Shown: positions 1 through 8,414 of the stretch, piece by piece
Layout: each line of letters starts with the position of its first letter
How positions within the stretch are numbered: the first letter of the stretch is position 1
NCBI RefSeq assembly: GCF_000189295.2
Contig: NC_016803.1
Span: forward strand, 600,001 to 632,000
DNA length: 32,000 bases
Source: Pseudodesulfovibrio mercurii
Lineage (GTDB): Bacteria; Desulfobacterota; Desulfovibrionia; Desulfovibrionales; Desulfovibrionaceae
Direction: 5' to 3'
Notes under the pieces: generated by a model
Told to the model about the DNA's origin: nothing
Database searches by the model: none
Seen by the model: the letters and a program-made list of their open reading frames with translations, nothing else
Position numbers and translations under genes: made by a program

Positions 1-87
1 TTCGAGGAATTCATTTGCCAGATCGACTTCGACAAGGTGATGGACCTCGGCCATCTCAAGGGCAGCATGTGGATCACCAAGAGGTGA
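1..87 (+). CDS. 3' fragment of a CDS cut by the window edge (hypothetical protein)
   Basis: Frame 1 is open from base 1 to TGA at 85-87 (...FEEFICQIDFDKVMDLGHLKGSMWITKR*). A perfect 6-bp hairpin CCAGCC-AAG-GGCTGG lies at 95-109 just downstream. Too short to assign a family. Confidence 0.3.
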   Translation, partial: FEEFICQIDFDKVMDLGHLKGSMWITKR

Positions 88-153
88 GTCTCGACCAGCC
101 AAGGGCTGGAGTAGTCTTCCTGTGCGCGTCAGCATCGGCCTCTTATGCGTCCA

Positions 154-179
154 GAAAAATCAACAGGCCGAAAATCGTC
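154..179. repeat. Direct repeat copy 1 (GAAAAA..ACAGG-GCCGAAAATCGTC)
   Basis: The exact 13-mer GCCGAAAATCGTC at 167-179 recurs at 281-293. The flanking GAAAAA and ACAGG blocks are also shared. Confidence 0.6.
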
Positions 180-266
180 TGTAAACAGTCGGTAGTTCAA
201 CCGCCGCCAAGAGCCGGATTACCCTCGCTGTGCCTCTGGGGAAGCCTCAGTTCAAGCGCATATCCT

Positions 267-293
267 GAAAAAAACAGGAAGCCGAAAATCGTC
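267..293. repeat. Direct repeat copy 2 (GAAAAAAACAGGAA-GCCGAAAATCGTC)
   Basis: Second copy of the 13-mer (281-293), 114 bp from the first. It lies 44 bp beyond the stop of the minus-strand ORF 337..1251. Confidence 0.6.
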
Positions 294-336
294 CAGCTTC
301 TGTAGGACTTATGCACGAATACAGGACGACAAGACG

Positions 337-1251
337 CTAATCACTGAACTCGCGCAAGGTATCCCTGAACAAGGCCATGTCCTTCGCATCCAAGAAGATG
401 AGGTTGTCATCCATGGCCCTGATCTTGTCCAGATACTGCTGTTTCTTGTTCAGGCTGTCCACGAGCTTGAAGTACTCCGAGGAGCCTGTCTGCCCCTGAA
501 GTCGAGCCTCGATCTCGTGGATGTCCTGCTCCACGGCATCCAGCAACACGCGTTTGATCTCGTGATGGCAGTCATGCTTGACCGTGATCTCTTCCACCAC
601 GTCGAAGGGAACATTTTTCTCGTTCCACACGGCCCACCGCTTTCCGAGCTTTCCCCATGATTCGAAGCAGCTCGTGTGGTGAGTCGTCGGTTCATCGGAC
701 CCCATCTTTCGGAACAGCTTCTCCGGGGAGTCCGACACAACCTGCACTCGAACGGCCCGATCCTCCATCGTCCCGTCGAGATCATTGATCTTGACCCACC
801 AGCCCTTTACCAGATTCTGAAGTTCGTCCTCGGGCATGTCGTTTTCAAGCCTGCCAAGGAGATGAAGAATCGGTACACCTCGTTGCGTTTCCGGCATGAG
901 ACGCCAGAAGAACCAACTTCGGGGGAAGTTCGCCACGAATCGCCTGCGAAGGTTGGTGATCGCACGTTTCCAGTCCTTGGGAGAGGGCGAGGTCATGCAC
1001 GTCAACACGATGTAGTGCGTAGGCGTTTTGTGCAGTTTGATCTCGTTCAACGCCTTCTGGAGTGACAGCCTGCTCTTGTCCGTGAACCTGCTCCTCGACG
1101 GTGCTGCCGGTGACTTGCTGACCTTGGCCTTCTGCTTCTTCGGGCCACTCGCCTTGGGCTTGTTGTGATCAGTGATGCTGACGTACCCCGGCGCGATCCT
1201 GATGGTGTATTCGTCGTCGGGGTCGGGAATCCTGATATCGAGATCGGCCAT
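337..1251 (-). CDS. Hypothetical 304-aa protein; motif order loosely resembles HUH-type rolling-circle replication initiators (mobile-element associated)
   Basis: Long ATG-initiated ORF with protein-like composition. Segments THYIVLTC ... FFWRLMPETQRGVPILHLLG ... GKRWAVWNEKNVPF follow the order of Rep motifs I, II and the post-motif-III block in phage/plasmid Rep families. The match is by eye only. Confidence 0.6.
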   Translation of the reverse strand: MADLDIRIPDPDDEYTIRIAPGYVSITDHNKPKASGPKKQKAKVSKSPAAPSRSRFTDKSRLSLQKALNEIKLHKTPTHYIVLTCMTSPSPKDWKRAITNLRRRFVANFPRSWFFWRLMPETQRGVPILHLLGRLENDMPEDELQNLVKGWWVKINDLDGTMEDRAVRVQVVSDSPEKLFRKMGSDEPTTHHTSCFESWGKLGKRWAVWNEKNVPFDVVEEITVKHDCHHEIKRVLLDAVEQDIHEIEARLQGQTGSSEYFKLVDSLNKKQQYLDKIRAMDDNLIFLDAKDMALFRDTLREFSD

Positions 1252-1548
1252 GGTATCACCTGATTTTCTTCAATGATTTCGAGAAGTGCCGGAAGGAGAT
1301 ACCATCTACGTATACAGTTCGTCAAACGAGAAGAGGCTCACCGGTCAAAGTGTGCCTCCCAGAATTTTTATGCAGGTCGGTACGTGATCCGCTCGTGGGT
1401 CGTTCGAGGAGGGGGAGTCGGCATAGTTGACCCTGATTCGCCCATTCGATACTGCTGATAATGAAGGTGCGGCAGCTCTTCGCCAGACCCTTCCGAGCAG
1501 TGCTGGTAGATACCGAAGGTACTGACTTCGGATAGGAGGTGATGCCTT

Positions 1549-1662
1549 ATGGCCAAGACCAAGTCTGGAAAGAAGAAGGTCCATGTCCCCGAACATGTCC
1601 GCACGGACAAGAACGGGAAGAAGACCAAGGTGCGCGAGCACTACCGCTCCACCCCTGAATAG
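1549..1662 (+). CDS. Small lysine-rich basic protein, 37 aa (below the ORF-track length cutoff)
   Basis: ATG at 1549 lies 8 nt after a GGAGGT Shine-Dalgarno (1535-1540). Translation is MAKTKSGKKKVHVPEHVRTDKNGKKTKVREHYRSTPE*. 29 of the 36 codons after the ATG end in G/C (the ATG itself does too, 30/37), consistent with coding sequence. TAG at 1660-1662. Confidence 0.5.
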   Translation: MAKTKSGKKKVHVPEHVRTDKNGKKTKVREHYRSTPE

Positions 1663-1665
1663 GGG

Positions 1666-3165
1666 CTAACCGGCTGCCGCATCTTCACTTCTTGCCCGTC
1701 CTGCCTTCTTTTTTCCCTTCGCCGTTTCTCGCTCAGCCTTGATTCGCTCCAGCAGGACAGAGGCCGGTTCGTCGTTCGGGTCTTGGGGTACGAGTTCGCC
1801 TCGGAAGGCTTTGGCGAGAATGGATTGATCGAGATTGGCGACTTGGCCTATCAGCCCGATGCTGTTCTCTCTCTGTCCTTTGATGACAGCCAGAGTTTGT
1901 TTTATCTTCCGCGCAAGCTCCACCTGCTCATCTTGCGGAGGTATAGGGACGGCAAGAGCTTTCAGCTTTGAGCCGTTGATGTTCGCCTGTCCAACCTGCT
2001 GGCTCACGTTTTGTGAGACCCACTGGCGACCAAAAGGAGAGTTGATGTACCACACAACAACTTCAGGGACGATCTGCAACACTCTAACTCGAATCAAATA
2101 GGACGCGAATGAGAAGTCCTCATCAGAATCGAACATAGCAGTCTTGCCGACAAGCTCTGCACTGTTCGTCCGGTTGAAAAGGATGTCGCCATAATGCAGG
2201 CACAGCTCAGAGAGGTCTTTGTGACTGCGATCTAGATATTTCAGATTGTCATAAACAAGGTCGCCATCAACGATATTCCCCATCCGCAAGACAGGCATCT
2301 GAGTTTCATCGTCTGAGGTTTTTGCGGACGTTCCATACCTGACATCACATGCCAGTTCTTCAACCTTCGCCCAGCACCATCCTTCCGGCAGTTCCGGCAA
2401 CCCGCTCGCATCAACAGGCTCCGGCTCCTTGTACTTGGCCTTCCACTTGTCGTTCTTGGGATTGATGCCCTTGGCTCGCATCTTGGCGAGTTCCGCTTCT
2501 TCCCACCGGGCGCGGCGTTCGACACGGATGCGTTCGAGGAGCTTTTCGGCTGGCTCCACATCGGGATGCTGCTCGCGCCATTCTGCGGTCAGGTCGCCAC
2601 GGAAGGCGGCGGCAAGCACGGACTGCCGGAACTTCTCCAGCAGCGGCCCCACCGTCTCCAACGCCTCACGAGCACGGCGGCTCTTGGCTTGGAGCGCGTC
2701 GATCTTGTCAGCGATGCGGCGTTGTTCGTTTAGGGGAGGAACAGGAAATTCCGTTGCCTTCAGGAATTTGAAGTGCCGACTATAACCTCGGTCAGGAAGT
2801 TGAACCGTATTCAAAGCATAAGAATAGAGGTTGGTTGAAAGCGGTGAAAGGGGTTTCAAGACCTTCACCCCATCGGCACCTTGGACAAAAGGGAAATCGA
2901 CAAGTTTCACACAGCGCGTGTGATCACCAAACACAATGACGGGTAAATCTCCCTCAAAAGCAAGATCAAATTTGTCTGTTGCCCCACCGATGAGCGCAAC
3001 CCCTTGATCAACAACAGCAAGCGGAGCATTCTCGATGTATTCTTTTTGTTTTACCTTTTTGGTAGAAGATGTCAGATCTTCAAAAATGTCTTGAAAAACT
3101 GCCCAATCCCATTGAACTGGCAACTCCTCGGTGCTCCATTTCCCTTTGTCTGCCTGCTTAGCCAT
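1666..3165 (-). CDS. hsdS: Type I restriction-modification specificity subunit HsdS
   Basis: Two target-recognition halves separated by conserved helical spacers (LNEQRRIADKIDALQ and QDEQVELARKIKQTL) with a long central coiled region. ATG at 3165 is preceded by GGTGGGGA and overlaps the hsdM stop by 8 nt (GATGGCTAA). The track start at 3183 is GTG. Confidence 0.9.
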   Translation of the reverse strand: MAKQADKGKWSTEELPVQWDWAVFQDIFEDLTSSTKKVKQKEYIENAPLAVVDQGVALIGGATDKFDLAFEGDLPVIVFGDHTRCVKLVDFPFVQGADGVKVLKPLSPLSTNLYSYALNTVQLPDRGYSRHFKFLKATEFPVPPLNEQRRIADKIDALQAKSRRAREALETVGPLLEKFRQSVLAAAFRGDLTAEWREQHPDVEPAEKLLERIRVERRARWEEAELAKMRAKGINPKNDKWKAKYKEPEPVDASGLPELPEGWCWAKVEELACDVRYGTSAKTSDDETQMPVLRMGNIVDGDLVYDNLKYLDRSHKDLSELCLHYGDILFNRTNSAELVGKTAMFDSDEDFSFASYLIRVRVLQIVPEVVVWYINSPFGRQWVSQNVSQQVGQANINGSKLKALAVPIPPQDEQVELARKIKQTLAVIKGQRENSIGLIGQVANLDQSILAKAFRGELVPQDPNDEPASVLLERIKAERETAKGKKKAGRARSEDAAAG

Positions 3166-4594
3166 CAAGTTCCCCACCTTCACCCAACATCCCCACCAGT
3201 TCTTCTATCTCCTGCATGGCAATCCTCAGATTCTCCATGATCTGGCCTGCCAACTCTTCCGGTTCCGGCAGGTCTTCGGCATGGTCGGCATTCTCGTCGC
3301 GGAGCCAAGTGATATCGAGGTTGTCGGCCCGCTTGGCGATGTCGTCTCGCGAATAGCAGCGGAAGCGGCCTTCCTCGCCCTGATCCACTCGTTCGGAGCC
3401 GCCGTTGGGATCGTCGCCGTAGGCCTGCTCGAAAGCGGAGAAGTGAGCGCGAGTGAGCGGGGTGCGTTTGCCGAAGCTGGGCATGTTGGTCCGCAGGTCG
3501 TAGACCCAGACCGCCTTGGTGTTGCCCTTGTCCGTCTCGCCGCGCTGGAAGAACAGGACGTTGGTCTTGACGCCCTGTGCGTAGAAGATGCCGGTAGGCA
3601 GACGTAGGATCGTATGCAGGTTGCACTTGTCCATGAGGTCGGTGCGAATCTTCCGACCCGTGTTGTCCTCGAAGAGCACGTTGTCGGGCAGGACCACGGC
3701 GGCACGGCCACCGGGCTTCAAGCCCCTGTAGACGTGCTGAAGGAAGGCAAGCTGGCGGTTGTTGGTCGGGAAGGTGAAATCCTCACGGCGCGTGTGGCCT
3801 CCGCCTGTTGCCGTGCCGAACGGCGGGTTCGTCAGGATGACATCCGCCTTCGGCATGGATGCCCCCTGCGGCCCGAGGGTGTCGCCGAGCGCAATGGGGG
3901 TCTCGATGCCGTGCAGCATCAAGTTCATCAGGCAGAGGCGGTGAACGTCCTGCACCAACTCCATGCCTTGGAAGGCCTGCCGCCGTTGGAAGTTCTGCTT
4001 CGACTCCGGCAGGTTGTACAGGTTGCCGGTGCGCTCCCGAATGTAGGCGTCCGCGTTGATCAGGAAGCCGCCCGTTCCCGCTGCCGGGTCTTGGATGACC
4101 TCCCCGGCCTGCGGTTGCATCAACTCAACCATGACTTCGATAAGCCGACGCGGTGTGAAGTACTGTCCGGCTCCCCGCTTGGACTCGGTGGCGTTCTTTT
4201 CGAGCAACCCCTCGTACAGGTCGCCGAGACCTTCTTCCCGTGCGCTGTACCAGTCCAGTTCATCGAGGGAATCCACAAGTTTCCGCAGGTTCTTGGGCTG
4301 CTGGATGAAGCTGGAGGCGTTAGCATAGATGTCCTGTACCAGCTTCGATCCTTGAGTGCCGAGGTCGATGAGCAGCTTCTTGTAGAACGTGAGTTGCTCC
4401 ACACCGTCCATCTCGACCAGTTTCTTCCAGTGGTAAGCCTCGGGAAGCTGGTCTTCCTTCTCGGTCTCCTCCGCCATCTTCAGAAAGAGGAGGTATGTCA
4501 GCTCGTTTACGTACTGGTGGTAGGTGACACCGTCACCCCAAAGTATATCGCAGAGCTTCCACAGCTTCTGCACGATGTCTTGTGTTGTGGTCAT
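3158..4594 (-). CDS. hsdM: Type I restriction-modification N6-adenine DNA methyltransferase subunit HsdM
   Basis: HsdM N-terminal region, AdoMet motif DPAAGTGGF and catalytic NPPFG motif. Immediately upstream of hsdS with overlapping stop/start. Confidence 0.95.
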   Translation of the reverse strand: MTTTQDIVQKLWKLCDILWGDGVTYHQYVNELTYLLFLKMAEETEKEDQLPEAYHWKKLVEMDGVEQLTFYKKLLIDLGTQGSKLVQDIYANASSFIQQPKNLRKLVDSLDELDWYSAREEGLGDLYEGLLEKNATESKRGAGQYFTPRRLIEVMVELMQPQAGEVIQDPAAGTGGFLINADAYIRERTGNLYNLPESKQNFQRRQAFQGMELVQDVHRLCLMNLMLHGIETPIALGDTLGPQGASMPKADVILTNPPFGTATGGGHTRREDFTFPTNNRQLAFLQHVYRGLKPGGRAAVVLPDNVLFEDNTGRKIRTDLMDKCNLHTILRLPTGIFYAQGVKTNVLFFQRGETDKGNTKAVWVYDLRTNMPSFGKRTPLTRAHFSAFEQAYGDDPNGGSERVDQGEEGRFRCYSRDDIAKRADNLDITWLRDENADHAEDLPEPEELAGQIMENLRIAMQEIEELVGMLGEGGELDG

Positions 4595-4595
4595 G

Positions 4596-4955
4596 TTATA
4601 GCTTCTTGCCTTCTATGCTAACACGGTGTTTGTTGGCGAAATGCTCCCTAACTGCCGATGCATGCAAAAGCATATCGCAGAAAGGGCATCTGATTTTTAT
4701 TGTCTGATGGGTGCGCTCGATGTGGACATAAAGGAGGTGGATAGGAACAACTTCGATACAAAATGGACACTTGGCTTTATTCTCCGGCGGGACATTCCAA
4801 GGAGCTTTCGACCAGAAATCACGAGGATGATCCCAATTGGTTAACGGTCTGCGATCACTACACGGAGGCTCTTTGCTTATGTCGTCGTACACCTTGTGAC
4901 GTGGATCTTGATCTGGTTCGGGCTTTGGCGTGGGGTCATGCTTGAGCTTCGTCAT
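4596..4955 (-). CDS. Small protein (119 aa) with two tandem C2H2-type zinc-finger motifs, embedded in the type I RM operon
   Basis: ATG at 4955 follows AAGGA and lies 5 nt after the hsdR stop (TAA 4961-4963). Its own TAA (4596-4598) is 1 nt from the hsdM ATG (4594). CPFCIEVVPIHLLYVHIERTH and CPFCDMLLHASAVREHFANKH share identical C-x2-C-x11-H-x4-H spacing. The track start at 4979 is GTG. Confidence 0.7.
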   Translation of the reverse strand: MTKLKHDPTPKPEPDQDPRHKVYDDISKEPPCSDRRPLTNWDHPRDFWSKAPWNVPPENKAKCPFCIEVVPIHLLYVHIERTHQTIKIRCPFCDMLLHASAVREHFANKHRVSIEGKKL

Positions 4956-4960
4956 AGTCC

Positions 4961-7900
4961 TTACCCCGCGTCCTGCCACAAGGCGTCATTAAGTTCGCCG
5001 AGCACTTCTTCCAACTGACCGTCGAACACCCTGTCCAACCGTCGAAAACCGCCATCCGCTTTGAACTGGCCGCTGTTCAATGCGTCCCTGTCCACGATGG
5101 TCTCTTCCAACATCTGTGCGCCGATACGTTCTAACCACTTGCGCTGCGGGTCCGTCCAAGGCCTGCTGGCAAGGATGCGTTCCATGGCCCGTTCGACCCT
5201 CTTTTGATAAGGAACAAGCGGAGAACCCAAGGCGAGTTGGCGGATGAAGCCGATGATGGAGGCGGCGATATCCTGATTGGTGGCATCCCGCCAAGCGGTC
5301 CGAAGTTTGACCTCGGAATAGCCTTGCTCGTCAAGCAGGAGTTTCAATTCCCGGAGCTGCTGCCGAGTGAGGTCACGGGGCCGTTGCAACACGACCTTGA
5401 TGGCCGCCACGTCGTTCTTGTGTGTGTCGATGTACTGCCTGAATGCGTCGAGGTAGTCCTTCGGCTTCACACTGTCGCCGTAGCCCCGCTCTTCCCGGAG
5501 GACTTCGTCGTCATGGTGGGAGATGAGTTGCTTCGGCCTCTTCCTCATTCTCAGATTGTCCAAGAACGCGCCGAGCCCTTGGAGGCTGGTCAACATCCGG
5601 CTTGTGGCCTGCAAATCCGTCTCGGCCAATTTCTGAGCGAATTGTTCGGTATCGTCTCCCGTGATGGTCGTGAACTTCTCCAGGGCATCGCCCTCAAGAA
5701 GACGTTTCTTGCGCTGGAACTTGGCTCGGAACTGATCGATGACCGTTTTGCGCACATCATCCGCCTCCGCCTCTTCCAGCTCCTTGATGAGCTGGTCGAA
5801 CGTGACGGAGGGATTCTGTACCACCGGCTTCATGGTCGAGTAATCCTGAATGGCCGAGTACATATCCACGGCATCGAAGATGCGGAAACACTCCTTGCCG
5901 ATCTCATCGCACAGCCGGGTCGCCCGGCCCATCATCTGCTCGTAGAGGATGCGGCTGCGGACTCGGCGCAGGAACACGAGGTTGGTGATCTTCGGCACGT
6001 CGATGCCCGTGGTCAGCAGGTCCACAGTGACGACCACATTCGGCATCTTCTCGTTCTTGAAGTGCCGGATCAACCCCAGCGGCTTGTCCGCCGTCCCTGT
6101 GATCTTGACGATCGCGTCGTCATCAACGGAACCATATTGATCGGCGAACGCCTGCTTGAGCAGGTCCACCACCATGTCGGCATGGCTGTCCGTAGCGCAG
6201 AAGATGAGTGTCTTGCCGTCGAATGTCGGATCAAGATGCTTGGCCAGACACTCGCACACGACCTTGTTGAACGGCTCGGTGATGACACGCTTATTGAACT
6301 CCTCGATCTCCACCGACACCTCATCGTCGAGATTCCATGTGTCGATCTCCCCGCTCTTCATGTCGAGCACTTCGATTTCTTCCCCGGCCTTCCATGTGAT
6401 GCCGTCCTCGGCCAAACGCGTGACGATGCGGATGGGCGGCTCATGGTCCACAAGGTAGCCGTCGATGACCGCCTGACGGTATGAGTAAGTATAGACCGGT
6501 TCGCCGAAGAGTTCGGTGGTGTGCAGTGCTGGCGTTGCCGTGAGACCGATCCTGACCGCGTCGAAATGGTCGAGTACCCGGCTGTACTTGGAGATATAGT
6601 CCCGCTCGCTTCGGAAGGTCAGTTCCGCTTCCGACATGTCCTTGTCGAGATTGTACCCCCGGTGGCACTCGTCCACGATGACGCAGTCATACTGGTCCAC
6701 AGGCAACGGCTGTTCGCCCTCGCTAGAGAACAGGAGCCGCTTGATCATGCCTTGGATGGTAGCGATCTGAAGCCGGGTGTCCTTGTCAGGCTTGATGTCG
6801 CCCAGCTCCTTCACGTCGTAGATGTCATTGAATGTCTGGTGGCTCTCCAACCGGAAATCCTTGAAGGCGTCCGCAGTCTGTTCCCCGAGGGACGTTCGGT
6901 CCACGAGGAAGAGCACCCGGCGGAATCGCTTGGCCTTGCAGAGCCGGTAGACCAGCCCGATGCAGGTTCGCGTCTTGCCCGTCCCCGTCGCCATGGCTGT
7001 GAGGATGTTGCGCTCACCTTTGGCGATGGCGTCTTCAATGGCTCGGATGGCTTCATGCTGGTAATAGCGCAGATCGAGGTAGTCCGAGGAGTCCTTGGCA
7101 AGGGTCTCGTCAGCCTCGGGGATGTCCTGCCCCAACAGCTCAATCAGCCCCTGCGGTGTCGGCCACGCGGTCAGAGGGCGGGCAAGGTTGGTCGGGACAC
7201 GGGCGTCACGGAACCAGATGCCGCTCTTGGTCCGAACCTGCTTGAGGAACGGTCTGCCATTGGAGGAAAGCAGGAAGGGGACGATATGGTCATCCCACGG
7301 CTCGCCTTCAGGAAGTCGCTCCTCCCCCTTGATCACATAGCCCTTGCTGTACCGCTGGGCCTGCTTGATCGCGGCGGAGACATCGACCCGCTTGCGCTTG
7401 GCCTCGACCGTCGCGACTGGAGTTATGCCCACAAAGAGGACGTAGTCGGCTGGCCCCGTTGCTGTCGGCCATTCGGCGATGGCGAGATTCCTCCCTTTCT
7501 GCGGGCGCACACCGGCCTTGAAAGTGATGCGCTGTGTGTCCGCTTCCCATCCGGCATCACGAAGCTGGTCGTCGATGAGTTTGCGGGTGTCGGCCTCGTC
7601 GAGGTCCACCGCATCCTCGGCCACCGTCTTGATGGTCGCCTTGGTGAGGTTGATCTCGTCTTGGCTCTTTTCGGCTGTCTGCCTTTGCAGCTCTCCGAGT
7701 CGTTCGGCAAACCGTGCGTTCTCCTGCGTCTGTTGCTGCTCGGTCTCTCGAAGAAGAGCCTCGGTGGTTGAAAGCTGTTGGTAGGCCTCTTCCGCCCTCT
7801 GCTGTGCCTCCTGTTGCGCTTGCTCCGTCTCAGCGAGCTGCCTGCGGAGTCGTCCCAGTTCCTCGGCAAGGGCGTCATCTGCTTGTTGTGGTTTGGCGGG

Positions 7901-8329
7901 AGGCAGAAACGGCCCCGGATCGAATGCCTTGTCCTCACCGAAGGAACGATGGAACCAGATGGCGAGGATGCGGGCAAACCGAAGCGCGTCGAGTGCGTGT
8001 TGCGGCTCTCCTTCGAGTTCGTGGGCTGCGACGTTCCCGGCTTTGCGAAGTATGTGGAGGACTTGGTTGATCTTCGGGGTCAGGAGGCCTTCATCATCGA
8101 GGCGGCGAATGATGCGGAGGGCGGTGTCTCCCTCGTAGATGGGGACGGCGGATCGGACGGCCACCTGCTTCGTGAGCAGTTCACCAAAGAGACGCACCTT
8201 GAACAGGGCGGCATTCGGGTCCGCGAATACCAGCCGTTCGGCCTGCGCTGCACACTTGAGCAGCAGCTCGTCATGCTCTGCGAGGAACCAGAAGTTCGGT
8301 GATTGGATGGTGTCGCTTGTCCGGTCCAT
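4961..8329 (-). CDS. hsdR: Type I restriction enzyme R subunit HsdR (DUF4145-like N-terminal domain, coiled coil, PD-(D/E)xK nuclease, SF2 helicase)
   Basis: Walker A MATGTGKT, DEAH-box VIVDECHRG, nuclease-like ADYVLF...VEAKR, and a C-terminal region resembling EcoEI-type HsdR tails. The ATG at 8329 has GGAGA 6 nt upstream. The track start at 8434 adds 35 non-conserved residues. Confidence 0.95.
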   Translation of the reverse strand: MDRTSDTIQSPNFWFLAEHDELLLKCAAQAERLVFADPNAALFKVRLFGELLTKQVAVRSAVPIYEGDTALRIIRRLDDEGLLTPKINQVLHILRKAGNVAAHELEGEPQHALDALRFARILAIWFHRSFGEDKAFDPGPFLPPAKPQQADDALAEELGRLRRQLAETEQAQQEAQQRAEEAYQQLSTTEALLRETEQQQTQENARFAERLGELQRQTAEKSQDEINLTKATIKTVAEDAVDLDEADTRKLIDDQLRDAGWEADTQRITFKAGVRPQKGRNLAIAEWPTATGPADYVLFVGITPVATVEAKRKRVDVSAAIKQAQRYSKGYVIKGEERLPEGEPWDDHIVPFLLSSNGRPFLKQVRTKSGIWFRDARVPTNLARPLTAWPTPQGLIELLGQDIPEADETLAKDSSDYLDLRYYQHEAIRAIEDAIAKGERNILTAMATGTGKTRTCIGLVYRLCKAKRFRRVLFLVDRTSLGEQTADAFKDFRLESHQTFNDIYDVKELGDIKPDKDTRLQIATIQGMIKRLLFSSEGEQPLPVDQYDCVIVDECHRGYNLDKDMSEAELTFRSERDYISKYSRVLDHFDAVRIGLTATPALHTTELFGEPVYTYSYRQAVIDGYLVDHEPPIRIVTRLAEDGITWKAGEEIEVLDMKSGEIDTWNLDDEVSVEIEEFNKRVITEPFNKVVCECLAKHLDPTFDGKTLIFCATDSHADMVVDLLKQAFADQYGSVDDDAIVKITGTADKPLGLIRHFKNEKMPNVVVTVDLLTTGIDVPKITNLVFLRRVRSRILYEQMMGRATRLCDEIGKECFRIFDAVDMYSAIQDYSTMKPVVQNPSVTFDQLIKELEEAEADDVRKTVIDQFRAKFQRKKRLLEGDALEKFTTITGDDTEQFAQKLAETDLQATSRMLTSLQGLGAFLDNLRMRKRPKQLISHHDDEVLREERGYGDSVKPKDYLDAFRQYIDTHKNDVAAIKVVLQRPRDLTRQQLRELKLLLDEQGYSEVKLRTAWRDATNQDIAASIIGFIRQLALGSPLVPYQKRVERAMERILASRPWTDPQRKWLERIGAQMLEETIVDRDALNSGQFKADGGFRRLDRVFDGQLEEVLGELNDALWQDAG

Positions 8330-8414
8330 TGGCATTCTCCAGTCCAACATGGCGAGAAACATCGCGAACCTACAACAGAACGCCCGATAAAGGAAGTTCT
8401 TGAGCTTGACAAAC

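Noticed and set aside
15-305. 96-aa + strand ORF across the repeat region
   Set aside because: Non-ATG start in a different frame from the truncated CDS. Pro/Ser/Arg-rich translation that spans both direct repeats. No SD.
1461-1535. 24-aa ORF (MKVRQLFARPFRAVLVDTEGTDFG*) just upstream of the 37-aa basic ORF
   Set aside because: No SD and no recognisable features. It could be a leader peptide, but the sequence alone gives no support.
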